In this document: piece by piece, positions 1-9,775 of the stretch
How positions within the stretch are numbered: position 1 is the first letter of the stretch
How the letters are laid out: every line of letters begins with the position of its first letter
NCBI GenBank assembly: GCA_963704725.1
Contig: OY969934.1
Location: forward strand, 3,360,001-3,424,000
Direction: 5' to 3'
Origin: an uncultured Actinomycetes bacterium
Lineage (GTDB): Bacteria; Actinomycetota; UBA4738; HRBIN12
DNA: 64,000 bases
The notes under the pieces: generated by a model
Seen by the model: the letters and a program-made list of their open reading frames with translations, nothing else
The model's database searches: none
Told to the model about the DNA's origin: nothing
Position numbers and translations under genes: made by a program

Positions 1-913
1 CGAAGCCGATCGCCCGCTGCAGCCCGCGCTCCATCCCGCCGGCCCGGCGACGCTGGCGGAGGGCGCCCCGCATCCGCCCGAGATCGCGAACGCGACCCTC
101 CGCGACGCCGTTCATCACGAACGACGCATGTCCCTCCAGGAGGGACATCATGGCCTGCATCTTCGCGAACAGCGCCCGCTGCTCGTCCGTCATGAACAGG
201 AGGATCCCCTGCGCGCCGCGCCAGTCGGCACCCCCGCGGATCTCCTCGGCGGCCCGCTTGATCTGCCCGAACACCTCGCGCGAGTCGACCTGCACCGTGT
301 CCAGGTACCGGTCGATGTGGCGCTTCAGGTAGGTCTTCAACCACGGCGTGGCTCCGAACTGCACGCGGTGCGTGACCTCGTGGACGGCGATCCACAACCG
401 GAAGTCGCGGGCCGGCAGCGCGAACCGGCGTTCCGTCTCGATCACGTTGGGACCGACGAAGTACAGGAGCCCCTCGTCGTCCGGCGGCAGGAACACGTCG
501 TACTGGCCGAGCACCTTGCGGCTCACGTATCCGAGCAGGCCGCCGATCTGCGCGCCGAGCGCCTTGCGCCGGATCTCGCCGCGGCTGCGGCCCGGCGGAA
601 GCATCTTGTCGGCGAGCGGCTCGAGCAACCGCTGCAGGGCGTTGAGGTTCGCCCCCACCCACTCGCCGCGGGACATCACCCACGCGCGCGAGCGGAAGCC
701 GCCCGCGCGCAGCCCGGTGAACTCGCCGATCCAGCCCTCGGCCTCGGGCACGAGACCGGAGAGGTCCTCCCGCAGCCGGGCCCTCTCCACCGCCGGGATG
801 GAGGGTCCCCCGCCACCGACCCGGCGGCCGGTGTCGGCGGCGGTACCCCAATCGACGAGCGCGGCGGCGCGGGAGCCCATGGACCAGTCGATGGCGGCGG
901 CCTCCATGGCCAT
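1..913 (-). CDS. Zinc-dependent metalloprotease-like protein (Zincin_2/DUF2342 family), 3' end outside window
   Basis: Manual minus-strand translation (not in ORF track because the stop is outside the window): VDWGTAA..., FRLWIAVHEVTHRVQFGATPWL (HExxH), MSLLEGHA. Start may be 913, 907 or 880. Confidence 0.8.
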   Translation of the reverse strand, partial: MAMEAAAIDWSMGSRAAALVDWGTAADTGRRVGGGGPSIPAVERARLREDLSGLVPEAEGWIGEFTGLRAGGFRSRAWVMSRGEWVGANLNALQRLLEPLADKMLPPGRSRGEIRRKALGAQIGGLLGYVSRKVLGQYDVFLPPDDEGLLYFVGPNVIETERRFALPARDFRLWIAVHEVTHRVQFGATPWLKTYLKRHIDRYLDTVQVDSREVFGQIKRAAEEIRGGADWRGAQGILLFMTDEQRALFAKMQAMMSLLEGHASFVMNGVAEGRVRDLGRMRGALRQRRRAGGMERGLQRAIGF

Positions 914-922
914 CGAGGGCGG

Positions 923-1540
923 CTAGCCCTCGGCCTTCTTCCGTGCTGCGATCATCGCGGCGCGCCGAGCCTGACCCTCGGCCACGCGCCGGTCGGTCCC
1001 CTTCGCCAGCAGCTCGGCCAGCGTGGCGTCGAACGTCTCCTGGTCGAGCGCGACCTCACGGTGCTCCGCCGCCGCCGGAGCGGGGACCGGCGCCGACGCC
1101 GCGGGTGGCGGCGCCGCTCCGGCAGGCTGCTCCGCCGCCGCGGGCGCGGGTGCGGGAGTCGGAGCCGGTGTGACGGCGGCGGGCGCGGGGGACGGAGTGG
1201 TCGCGGCGGGTGCGGGTGCCGCAGCTGCTGCGACCGGAGCCGGGGCGGCGAAGGTCGGAGCCGCGGCGACCGCGGCGACGGGCGGCTGAACGACCAGCGG
1301 TGCGCTCGTGATGTTGACCGGACGGCGCACGTCCTTGCCCGGCTGCATCCGCGGGGCCCGCACCGGTCGCCGCGCCGTCTCCGCGGTCTGGAACCGCGGC
1401 GCCAGGCGCATGTACCCGAAGACCACGAGGAGCAGCATGATCACGCCGAGCACGGCCAGCAGGACCGCCGCGTTGTACACCCAGCCGCCGTTGTTGAGGA
1501 TCGGCGTGGCCGTGGGTGGAACGATGGTCTGCCCGAGCAC
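923..1540 (-). CDS. Single-pass membrane protein with Ala/Pro-rich linker and small C-terminal helical domain
   Basis: Part of ORF 923..1774; TM segment AAVLLAVLGVIMLLLVVFGYM and APAPA repeats; GTG at 1540 lies 7 nt after TAGAAT (-10). Confidence 0.7.
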   Translation of the reverse strand: MLGQTIVPPTATPILNNGGWVYNAAVLLAVLGVIMLLLVVFGYMRLAPRFQTAETARRPVRAPRMQPGKDVRRPVNITSAPLVVQPPVAAVAAAPTFAAPAPVAAAAAPAPAATTPSPAPAAVTPAPTPAPAPAAAEQPAGAAPPPAASAPVPAPAAAEHREVALDQETFDATLAELLAKGTDRRVAEGQARRAAMIAARKKAEG

Positions 1541-1550
1541 GGCGGGGATT

Positions 1551-3635
1551 CTACAGGTGGACCTCGCCGAGCGAGCGAGCGCCCGAGACGGCCGAGGCGA
1601 GGCGCCCATCCCCACTCGCGGGGATCTCGCTGGTGGGCGCGAGCGCCGGCGTCGTCGCATCGCCGGGCAGGAGACATTCGACGGTCGTTCCTTCACCGGG
1701 AGAGCCGTGGATCGTGCACCACCCGCCCGCGAGCTGCGCCCGCTCGCGCATCCCGTCGATACCGATGTGGCCAAGGACGGGATCGGCGAGCCGCTCGAGC
1801 GTGATCCCGACGCCGTCGTCCTCGACGTGGATCCACACCGAACCTTCCCTCGTCTCGAGGGTCACCGCGGCTCGAGAGGCCCGCGCATGCTTCCGGATGT
1901 TGGCCAACGCCTCCTGGACGATGCGATAGGCGTTGACGCTCGTCTCGCTCGACGGCTCGGCTGCGAGCCGATCCTCCACCCGCAGCTCGACGCCCGCTTC
2001 CCCCAGGTCCTCACCGAGCCGCCGGATGGCGTCGGCGAGGCCGCCTCGCTCGACGGCGGGGGGTCGCAGCTCGAAGAGCAACTGCCGGAGCCGACCGATC
2101 GAGAGTCGCACCAACTCCCCAAGGGCATCGAGGGCCTCCTGCGCCTCGGGCTCGGCGATGCGCCGGCAGAGGACGTCGAGCTGGATGCCCACAGCGGTCA
2201 TCTTCTGGACGGGATCGTCGTGGATGTCCGAGGCGATCCGCCGGCGCTCCTCTTCGTGGGCTCCGACCAATCGCTGCTCGCTCCGACGCAGCAGCTCCTT
2301 GGACCGCCTCTGCTCGGTCATGTCGAGCACGAACCCGGCGAAGCGCTCCTCGGGTCCGGGAAGCAGGGCGTCGGCGATGAGCACCGGGATCCGGGAGCCG
2401 TCGCGACGGACGTACTCCTTCTCGAACGGCACGCACGCGCCTCGCTCGCGGATCTCGCGGAGCGATCGCTCGTCTGCAGCCAGCCATTCGGGCGGCGTGA
2501 CGGCTCGCCAGTTCACCTCACCGGCCTCGAGCTCCTCGCGGGTGTGGCCGATCACTTCGAGGTAGTAGTCGTTCGCGGTGAAGACGCGGCCCGTGCCGTC
2601 GCTGATCCCGATGCCGACGATGTTGGCGTCGACGAGACACTGGAAGCGATCTCGTTCGATCCGCAACGCCTCTTCGGCTCGCGTGCGAACCGCGATGTCC
2701 CGCGACAGGAGGATCGCCCGCCGACGCGCAACCAGCGCGAAGTGGGTGGCGAGGCCGAGCAGCCCGGCCGAGACGACGGCGATGCCGAGGAGGACCTCCC
2801 GGACACCTCCGACGTCCCGGATCGCGCCGCCCTCGAGCAGCTTCACGTTCGCGAGCGACTCGACCAACGCGAAGTTCGTGACGACGACACCGATCCCGAT
2901 CGCCCAGGGCAGCCACCGGGGGATGCCCTCCTCGATGGCGGTCGATCCCCGCCACGCGCGTTCGATCAGCCCACCCGACAACAGCACCAAGCCCGCGGAG
3001 GTCCCAACGGCGATGGCCTCGGCGTCGCCCCACCGATACGCGGTGCTCATCCCGAGCAGATAACCCACCAGCGCGACGAACCCGACCGAGCCCACGAACA
3101 TCCCGGCGAGCCCGACCGTCGTCGGCATCCATCGCCGCTGGCGCCCGATGCCGATGAGCCCCAGGGCGAGGGCGGCGACCAGGAACGCCACGGCGGTGTT
3201 CGGCGCCATCCGAGGCAGCTGGTCCGGGGTGAGCCGGAAGTCACGGACGATGAGCTCGTCGATCCGAAGATCGACGGAGAAGAGGTACTCCAGTGCGGTG
3301 AGGCCGCCGATCGTGGCCAGGACGGCCGCGCTCACCAACACGACGGCTCGTCGGCCCACGGCCGCGGCGACGACCCCCGCGCCGGCCACGACGAAACAGA
3401 CGGCGGTGTTGAATCGGATCGGCGTGGTCCCCCGGACGAGCTGGACGAGGGCCGGCGACCGGGTCACGACGCCGAGCATCCCGGCCAGGCCCAGGGCGAC
3501 GCAGGCACCACCCAGGGCGATGGGCATCCGAGGTGATCGTCGTCCGGCCGGCCGAGAACGCGGCGAGTCGAGCGGCCACCTCTCGAGCGGCGCAGCGAAC
3601 GGCGGGGTAGGCGGATCGTTCGGGCGACCGGTCAT
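1551..3635 (-). CDS. Multi-TM PAS-domain sensor histidine kinase (HisKA_3/NarX type), orphan
   Basis: Several TM helices, PAS (ANDYYLEVIGHTREEL...FEKEYVRRDGSR), EERRRIASDIHDD H-box, QEALANIRKHA N-box, DDGVG, GIDGMRERA. Start uncertain (3635 or 3527). Confidence 0.88.
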   Translation of the reverse strand: MTGRPNDPPTPPFAAPLERWPLDSPRSRPAGRRSPRMPIALGGACVALGLAGMLGVVTRSPALVQLVRGTTPIRFNTAVCFVVAGAGVVAAAVGRRAVVLVSAAVLATIGGLTALEYLFSVDLRIDELIVRDFRLTPDQLPRMAPNTAVAFLVAALALGLIGIGRQRRWMPTTVGLAGMFVGSVGFVALVGYLLGMSTAYRWGDAEAIAVGTSAGLVLLSGGLIERAWRGSTAIEEGIPRWLPWAIGIGVVVTNFALVESLANVKLLEGGAIRDVGGVREVLLGIAVVSAGLLGLATHFALVARRRAILLSRDIAVRTRAEEALRIERDRFQCLVDANIVGIGISDGTGRVFTANDYYLEVIGHTREELEAGEVNWRAVTPPEWLAADERSLREIRERGACVPFEKEYVRRDGSRIPVLIADALLPGPEERFAGFVLDMTEQRRSKELLRRSEQRLVGAHEEERRRIASDIHDDPVQKMTAVGIQLDVLCRRIAEPEAQEALDALGELVRLSIGRLRQLLFELRPPAVERGGLADAIRRLGEDLGEAGVELRVEDRLAAEPSSETSVNAYRIVQEALANIRKHARASRAAVTLETREGSVWIHVEDDGVGITLERLADPVLGHIGIDGMRERAQLAGGWCTIHGSPGEGTTVECLLPGDATTPALAPTSEIPASGDGRLASAVSGARSLGEVHL

Positions 3636-3787
3636 GTCGCTCCGCGGAGCCCGTTCGGGCGCATGTCCCTCTCTCGACACGCGGCTCCACGGCCTTGACG
3701 GGCCGTTCGTCATGCGCCGACCGGGTCTGTTGGTCCGCGAGATCGACGCGCACTCTGGGGGCTGGTCTGTTGTCGGGGACCGGGCGT

Positions 3788-3835
3788 TGGAGCCGGAGAG
3801 TGGATTCGAACCCCTGACCTACCACTTACGAGGCG
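3788..3835 (-). repeat. Displaced 3' half of tRNA-Thr(CGT); att-site direct repeat
   Basis: tggagccggagagtggattcgaacccctgacctaccacttacgaggcg matches 9776-9823 with 3 mismatches; similarity stops just past the anticodon loop. Confidence 0.9.
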
Positions 3836-3926
3836 TCGTCCAGGCTCCCGTCCCCTTCAATCCCCTTCCCTTCGGGAACGTCCCTGCGATGAGGGACAGA
3901 TCCTCACGGACGGGGACGGAAACATC

Positions 3927-3950
3927 CTGTTATCCGTTCTGTTGCCCGTT
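3927..3950. repeat. Tandem 12-bp imperfect repeat, possible integrase arm-type site
   Basis: ctgttatccgtt / ctgttgcccgtt, about 90 bp inside the att repeat. Confidence 0.45.
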
Positions 3951-4330
3951 TGACGCACCGACGATCCCCGCGATGTCGGGGGGCCAGATATGCGTGCCGG
4001 GCGGCAGCTTCCGCGGGAACCCGAAGCCGCGCCCGCCTGGCACGGGAGTGCGGTCGTCCGCCAGATTCTCCACAACGAAGCCGGCGCCCGGCGACCTGGT
4101 TTCGGCAACAGTCCAGACCCAGGACACGCGATCCCGAGAGCCCTCCTTCGTGGCTGCTGCGCCCTGTGGGCCGTTGCCGGCGTCCACGCCTTCGGATGGC
4201 TTAGCCCGCGGACCTCCCCGTTCGGGGCAGGCCGTGGACTGAAGGACCGGGCGTGGGTCGTCGATCGACCCTGCCGCACGCCGAAGCTCACCGAGGACGA
4301 TGGGTCGTACCACGGTTGGAGAGGCTCTCG

Positions 4331-6382
4331 ATGGAGCAGCGCACCCCGACACGCCAGAACCGGGCGACGCCCATGCTCCGGGGCGGGCGCGTCTTCGCGG
4401 TGCTCGCCGCCGCTGGTGGGCTGCTCACCTGCCGCGGCGCCGTCTCGACGAGAGTGCGCGCGTGGCCGAGCGAGTCCAGCTTCGATGAGGGCGTCGTCCT
4501 CCGCCCACTCACGGATGCGAGCCCGATCCTCCCCTTGATCGCGCTCACGGCCGGCCTGACGGTCGTGACTCTCGCGGTCGCGTTCATCGTTCTTCGCCGG
4601 ACCCAGACCCGCGCAGTGCTGGCGCTCGTGCTGGTCGCGGTGGCCGTCTCGACCGCCCTGGCCTTCACGGAACTCCGGATCGGCGGGGCCTCCACGCTCG
4701 TCCCCGGCGATGTGCGAGGCGACCTTCCGGTGTGCGACCGGGAGGCGGACCCGCCGTGCCTGAACGTGTACTGGCCGACCGAGACGATCGTCTGGGGAGG
4801 GTGGATCGCGGCGTTCTGGGGGACCTGGGCGCTGATCCGCGTCCGCGTAAGACCGGGCCAAGTCCGCAGCCGGGCGGACGTATCGGCGCCGATCGTCCAC
4901 GACCCATCGACCTCGGCGGAGCCGAGGGCGTCGGTCGGGTGGCAGGGATCGGGTCCCGTGCTTCCCGCCCCGGGCGGGCGCACCCTCGGGGTCGTGAGCG
5001 GTGCGCGCAAGCTCGGCGCAGTGATTGTCGGATGGATCGCCGGCGTCGTTCTCAGCACTGTCGCGTCGATGCTTGTCGCCGCTGGTGCGGACTCTTGGCA
5101 GTTGCATCGGGAGGGCGTCGGCCTCGGCCTGTTCACGCTCGTCTACTGGTTCTGGGGCTTCTGCATTGGCGTTCTGATCGTCGGCCCGGTCGTCGCGGTG
5201 CTCCTGGTTCGCCGAACCTTGACCACTCCGACTCCGGCGGGAGCCCCTGCCCTGACGGTCCCTCAGGGCCCGAACGCCGAGGGAGGGTGGTCTGCGGCCC
5301 AGATGCGGTCCGATCCACAGCTTCGGCCGGGCCCCGATCTCGGTGTCAGGCTCCGCGCCCGCTGGGGACGGTCGGCGCCAGCGGCGGTGGTGTGGATCGC
5401 CGCGAGCGCCACGGTGGTCGCGGTGGGCGCGTTCGGGGGCTGTGTTGCGCTGGACCTGGGTCCCTGCCACGGCCTTCCGCCGCACGAGCAGATCGCCCGC
5501 TTCGGGGGGATCGGCTACGTCTTGCGGAGCCCCGACGGGTCGCTGGATGCCTACATCTGGTCGTACCCCGACGTGGGGGCAATCGGCCTGCTGACCCGAG
5601 ACGGCGCGACCGGGACGACCGGGGAGCGGACCGGAGAGGACCTCGGCGGGGGCGAACTCATCCCGACGGACATCGCGTGGATGCCGGACTCGCGCCGGCT
5701 ACTCATCGTCTTCGAGGATGGAGGGAGCCTGGTCGGTGACCGCATCGGCATCTTCTCGTTCGGAACCGGCAGCCTGGAGAGGACCTTCGGTGTTCCGTTC
5801 GTCGCGGAAGACCTCGCTGGCATCGACGTGAGCCCCGACGGAACCTCTGCGCTCGTCATCTCGGACCGGTTCGCGAACGAGGAGGACGAGGTCCGGAACG
5901 TCGGCCGCCTCTACCGCATCGACCTTGGCACGGGCGATGCTGGCGTGGTTCCGGCTCAGTTCCTCGGGTCGCCGAGCCGTCCCGTGTACGTCGACGCTAG
6001 TCATGCCGTGGTGGTGGACTCGTCCTTCGACCGCAGCACGCTGAGCCTGGTTGATCTCGAGACTGGGACGGTCCGGGAGCTCACGCCTCCCGATCTCAAC
6101 GTGGTCGACGTGGCGGGGCGAGCCCCAGGGGGCGAGATCGTCGTGCTCGCCTACCATTCGCGCCCCGACGGCGTCGGGGACTACCAGGACCGCCAGGATC
6201 CCGTCATCGCCGCCGTCGACGTCCGGACGGGTGAGGTGCGGGAGCTCTTCGCCCCCGGCGTCGTAGGGCATGTACGGATGCAGTCCGATACCGACGTAGC
6301 GGTCGCACTCGCAGACACATGCTCGGGCGACTGCAGCGGTGCCGAGGTCTGGGTGCTCGACCTGTCGCGGTACCTCGAATAG
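4331..6382 (+). CDS. Multi-TM membrane protein with C-terminal beta-propeller-like domain
   Basis: ORF 4253..6382; ATG 4331 follows ggagagg; hydrophobic N-terminal half; propeller-like motifs IAWMPDSRRLL, IDVSPDGTSAL, LVDLETGTVREL. Confidence 0.65.
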   Translation: MEQRTPTRQNRATPMLRGGRVFAVLAAAGGLLTCRGAVSTRVRAWPSESSFDEGVVLRPLTDASPILPLIALTAGLTVVTLAVAFIVLRRTQTRAVLALVLVAVAVSTALAFTELRIGGASTLVPGDVRGDLPVCDREADPPCLNVYWPTETIVWGGWIAAFWGTWALIRVRVRPGQVRSRADVSAPIVHDPSTSAEPRASVGWQGSGPVLPAPGGRTLGVVSGARKLGAVIVGWIAGVVLSTVASMLVAAGADSWQLHREGVGLGLFTLVYWFWGFCIGVLIVGPVVAVLLVRRTLTTPTPAGAPALTVPQGPNAEGGWSAAQMRSDPQLRPGPDLGVRLRARWGRSAPAAVVWIAASATVVAVGAFGGCVALDLGPCHGLPPHEQIARFGGIGYVLRSPDGSLDAYIWSYPDVGAIGLLTRDGATGTTGERTGEDLGGGELIPTDIAWMPDSRRLLIVFEDGGSLVGDRIGIFSFGTGSLERTFGVPFVAEDLAGIDVSPDGTSALVISDRFANEEDEVRNVGRLYRIDLGTGDAGVVPAQFLGSPSRPVYVDASHAVVVDSSFDRSTLSLVDLETGTVRELTPPDLNVVDVAGRAPGGEIVVLAYHSRPDGVGDYQDRQDPVIAAVDVRTGEVRELFAPGVVGHVRMQSDTDVAVALADTCSGDCSGAEVWVLDLSRYLE

Positions 6383-6534
6383 GGACGCCCGATCTCTGGA
6401 ACTAACGACCGACACTGGCACGAGTCGTACCCCCCGCTGTTCCCGGGCGTAGCGGGCGACGCGATCATGGCAAGCTGGCAGAACCGCGACCGAACCATCG
6501 CGATGCCCCGTGCAGCCGTGGCACCAGTAGGCGG

Positions 6535-6563
6535 TTCAAGCGGCGGCGGCGCGTTGCCGATGA
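6535..6563 (+). promoter_or_regulatory. Putative sigma28/FliA-WhiG-type promoter
   Basis: TCAAG-N15-GCCGATGA; GTG start 15 nt after GCC; same geometry as 8901-8928. Confidence 0.55.
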
Positions 6564-6570
6564 GGACAAC

Positions 6571-7764
6571 GTGCGCCGCGCCGCTCTCGCCATCCTGGTC
6601 TGGCTGGCTTCCGCGCTCCTGGTCCCCACGGCCGCAGTCGCCGATGGAGTCGTCGTGTCCGACGGGAACGACACGCCGGCCGGAAGCCTCGACATTCGGC
6701 GAACCAACGTCGAGCACGACGGCCGCTCGATCCTGCACCGGGTGGACACGTTCGAGGCGTTCTCGCCGGCCAGCCTCGCCGACGACGAGGCGCTCATCGG
6801 CATCGCGATCGACACGAACGGGGATCCCCGGGACGTCGAACGCCTCGCGATGGTCGTCGGCGGGTCCCGCTTCCGCGGGGTCGTGACCACCGGGTCCGGC
6901 CGGCGGTTGATCGCGACCGCACGCGTGCTCCACCCCACCAGCCGGTCCGTGGTGATCCGGTTGCAGCGATCGGCTCTCCCACGCGGCACGACCGACTACC
7001 GGTGGTTCGCCTTCGCTTCCACCAACGCCGGGGGCAACTGCTGCACCGACTCGGCCCCGGACCGCGACTGGCTGTGGCACGACATCGCCGCGCCAACCAT
7101 CGACGGGCCGAGCATCCAGGTGTTCCAGACCGTTCCCTCCAGCACCGTCGTGCCGGTGTCCTTCGCGGTGTCGGATGCGGGAGGCAGCGGGCTGGCGAGC
7201 TGGACGCTGAGGACGAGGGTGATCGACAGCGACGGCTGGACGGACAGCGCGACGGGCTCTGAGGAAGAGGTGACGACTTCCTTCACCGGCGAGGAGGGCG
7301 TCACGTACCACCTGTGCGTCAAGGCCGTGGATCGCGCCGGCAACGAGTCCGGGCTCCATCCGGGAGCCCTTGCATCGATCCCGTTCGACGACGCCCGCTT
7401 CACGTATTCGGGCGAGTGGACGTCCAGCGCAGACCCGACCGACTTCGCGGGGACTCGGCACGAGACCGCCACGCCGGGTGCCACCGCGCAGATCGTGCTC
7501 GGCGAGGGGCTCGGGAGCGATCTAGTGGTCCCGCCCGGGCACACCGGCCGCGTCCGCGTCACCGTCAACGGCGCCGTGATCGGCGACATCCTGTACTCGG
7601 CCAAGGCGGAGCCCCGTCAGCTCTCCCTCGACGGCGTCGACCCGTCCGACCTGACGCTTGCCTCCAACGTGGTGACGTTCGAGCTCGTGAGCGGCACATT
7701 CGGCATCGATGGAATCCGGGTCCTCCCCCATCTCCCGAGCTCGACGTACACCTCCTGCGGCTGA
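6571..7764 (+). CDS. Secreted protein with Ig/FN3-like beta-sandwich domains
   Basis: Signal peptide MRRAALAILVWLASALLVPTAAVA; SDAGGSGLASW...YHLCVKAVDRAGN FN3-like motif; DDARFTYSGEW. Confidence 0.75.
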   Translation: MRRAALAILVWLASALLVPTAAVADGVVVSDGNDTPAGSLDIRRTNVEHDGRSILHRVDTFEAFSPASLADDEALIGIAIDTNGDPRDVERLAMVVGGSRFRGVVTTGSGRRLIATARVLHPTSRSVVIRLQRSALPRGTTDYRWFAFASTNAGGNCCTDSAPDRDWLWHDIAAPTIDGPSIQVFQTVPSSTVVPVSFAVSDAGGSGLASWTLRTRVIDSDGWTDSATGSEEEVTTSFTGEEGVTYHLCVKAVDRAGNESGLHPGALASIPFDDARFTYSGEWTSSADPTDFAGTRHETATPGATAQIVLGEGLGSDLVVPPGHTGRVRVTVNGAVIGDILYSAKAEPRQLSLDGVDPSDLTLASNVVTFELVSGTFGIDGIRVLPHLPSSTYTSCG

Positions 7765-7911
7765 GGATTGTCGGCCCCTGCTACCGGCCCGCCCGCCGGT
7801 TCATGACGCGCACGAGCACGTCGGGGTCGGGCCGCTTGGTCGGTCCTCACGCGGAAGAGGCCTCAGGAGTTGTCGAGGACCCTGAACCTCACGACCCGCA
7901 CGCTCCAACCC

Positions 7912-8599
7912 TCATGTGCGAGGGGGGTAGCGAAGGTCCCCTTCGTCGCCGTCGTCCAGGATGACCTGCTTACCGGGCACACCGTCACCCCGAAGGTGTG
8001 CCACTCCCGGCCGGGGCCGCACACGAGGAAGACCGGTGCCCGCGACCGGACCAGGCCGGCCCACTTGCGATGGGCGTTGAGAACGGACGCCGGCCCTGAC
8101 AGGCAGTCGTCGTGGGCGCCCTTGGCCCCGCATCGGTTGACCCGCCGATGAGCCGGGCGACGTTGCCCGCGCTCGACTTCGGCTCCCCCGCGAGCCACTC
8201 ATGCTTCCTCAAGGAGACGCGCCCGATGAGGTCGAAGGCGTAGTCCGTCGACTCGAAGCCGAGGCTCCACTTGGGCCAGCCGTGCAGGTAGTGCAGCCGG
8301 GCGGCCGTCGCCACGGCGACGATCCCCTCCATGAACAGCGAGACGGGCCGGGGATGAGCTCTTGGCGCTGCCCTCCCAGAACAACATGGTCCTGAAGCTG
8401 CTGGCCGGTAGCTACAGCTCCCCCTGGGCAGCTGCTCGACGAGCCCCGAGCGGATCCCGGCGATCACCCACTCCGCATCCGGCTCGTCAACCAGGTCGAC
8501 GCGGCTCCAGTCGAAGCCGCCCGGTTCGTACCCGTTCTCCGCGGTGTAGCGATCGAGGAGCTCCTCGATCAGGCTGGGGAACTCGCTTCGGACGCTCAC
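7912..8599 (-). pseudogene. Frameshifted gene for a possible PD-(D/E)xK-like nuclease
   Basis: Protein-like segments switch frame among ORFs 7985..8599, 8199..8387, 7863..8198 and 7912..8202 (GLVEQ / FRTMLFWEGSAKS / RPVSLFMEG...GWP...YAFDL...AGEPK / NAHRKWAGL...FLVCGPG / VILDDGDEGDLRYP). Confidence 0.5.
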
Positions 8600-8745
8600 T
8601 GGGAGAGGTGGAGCTGCCAGGCGGTGACGCCCCAGAAGGGCGACTTCGAGAAGGCCTCCCGCGGACCTGCGTGACCGGAAGGTGCGGAGGACTCAGGGTG
8701 AAGCCTTCGTCGCTGGCGATGGATGTCGTCGCGCAGCAGCGGTGA

Positions 8746-8884
8746 TCAGCCGAGCCCGACCCGCGTCACGGTTCCCCCGTAGTCGAGGACCCACACGCTG
8801 CCGGGCGACCGCCACATCGATCTGTGTGGACCATTGATCGAGGTGGACGGACACGTCCACGGTCTTCGGGCCGTCGGCCAGCAT
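8746..8884 (-). pseudogene. C-terminal remnant of a beta-propeller gene
   Basis: QIDVAV, then a frameshift to PGSVWVLDYGGTVTRVGLG*; no upstream gene body. Confidence 0.35.
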
Positions 8885-8900
8885 GGCGGTTACACCTCCT

Positions 8901-8928
8901 TCAGCAGGCGGGCTCTCCCTGCCGATGA
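8901..8928 (+). promoter_or_regulatory. Putative sigma28/FliA-WhiG-type promoter
   Basis: TCAG-N16-GCCGATGA; ATG 15 nt after GCC. Confidence 0.55.
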
Positions 8929-8935
8929 GAACAGC

Positions 8936-9466
8936 ATGGATGGCACCATTGCTGCCCCCAGGAAGCGACTCCGCCCGGGTGCGGTCGCCGTCGCTGTAGC
9001 CCTCGTTCTTGCCCTCGCCATCGGCGGGGGAGCCCTCGCGAGCTGGATCATCCACGCGCGAGAGGACCCGTACGCTGCCGCCAACGTGCCCGAACTCGGG
9101 CTTCGAGTCTCCGACTACGTGATGATGCCGCCACTCGGCCAGGTCTACGCGGTCGGCGATGTGGACGTCGTGCTGATGTCCACCGTCGCCCTTGAGGAGG
9201 GCGGGACGGCGCTCCACTTCGTGCTCCGGCGGGAGGGTCCGCTTCCCCAGTACGACGTCCGGCTGACGTCCGCGGGCACTCCAGGGCCGGGTTCAGGCGA
9301 ATCGACGAGCACCTGCGGAGCCTCCGGACGGACCGGCTGGGGCGAGTGCTACATCCGAGTTCCCGCGTCACTGGGCGACACGGTGACGATGAACCTCGTC
9401 GTCGATCGGGAGCCCGTGGGGTCGTTCGACCTCACGATCCCGAACTGGGACGGGACTGTCCCTTAA
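8936..9466 (+). CDS. Membrane-anchored or exported hypothetical protein
   Basis: ORF 8834..9466; ATG 8936; TM segment AVAVAVALVLALAIGGGALASW followed by a beta-rich domain with two Cys. Confidence 0.6.
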   Translation: MDGTIAAPRKRLRPGAVAVAVALVLALAIGGGALASWIIHAREDPYAAANVPELGLRVSDYVMMPPLGQVYAVGDVDVVLMSTVALEEGGTALHFVLRREGPLPQYDVRLTSAGTPGPGSGESTSTCGASGRTGWGECYIRVPASLGDTVTMNLVVDREPVGSFDLTIPNWDGTVP

Positions 9467-9775
9467 CGGGCACGACCGCCGAGATTGCGCGCGCTCGTCG
9501 ACGGAGTGACGACCCTTCGGTGCGAGCGCACGGGCGCGGCCTGGATCCTGTTCGAGGATCGAGGTCCCTGAGGCCGAGCTGCCCCTGCTCGTGCAGGTCC
9601 ATCTCGACCTGCTCCTGGCAGGGGAGGGCTATCGCCCGGGTCAGTACCTGTAGACGCTGGCAGGTTGCCGGGAGGACACGGGTTTCGATCTCCAGTGCTC
9701 GAGAGGCCCTTTGTTGCGAGGTCGAGGATGGGCCGCATCGGCGGTCAGCGCAACCGGGCCGTCACCAGGGCCTTT

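Noticed and set aside
1060-1290. Repetitive GC-rich tract
   Set aside because: Encodes the Ala/Pro linker of a membrane protein.
3788-3835. Second tRNA gene
   Set aside because: Lacks the D-arm and the 5' acceptor strand; it is only an att fragment.
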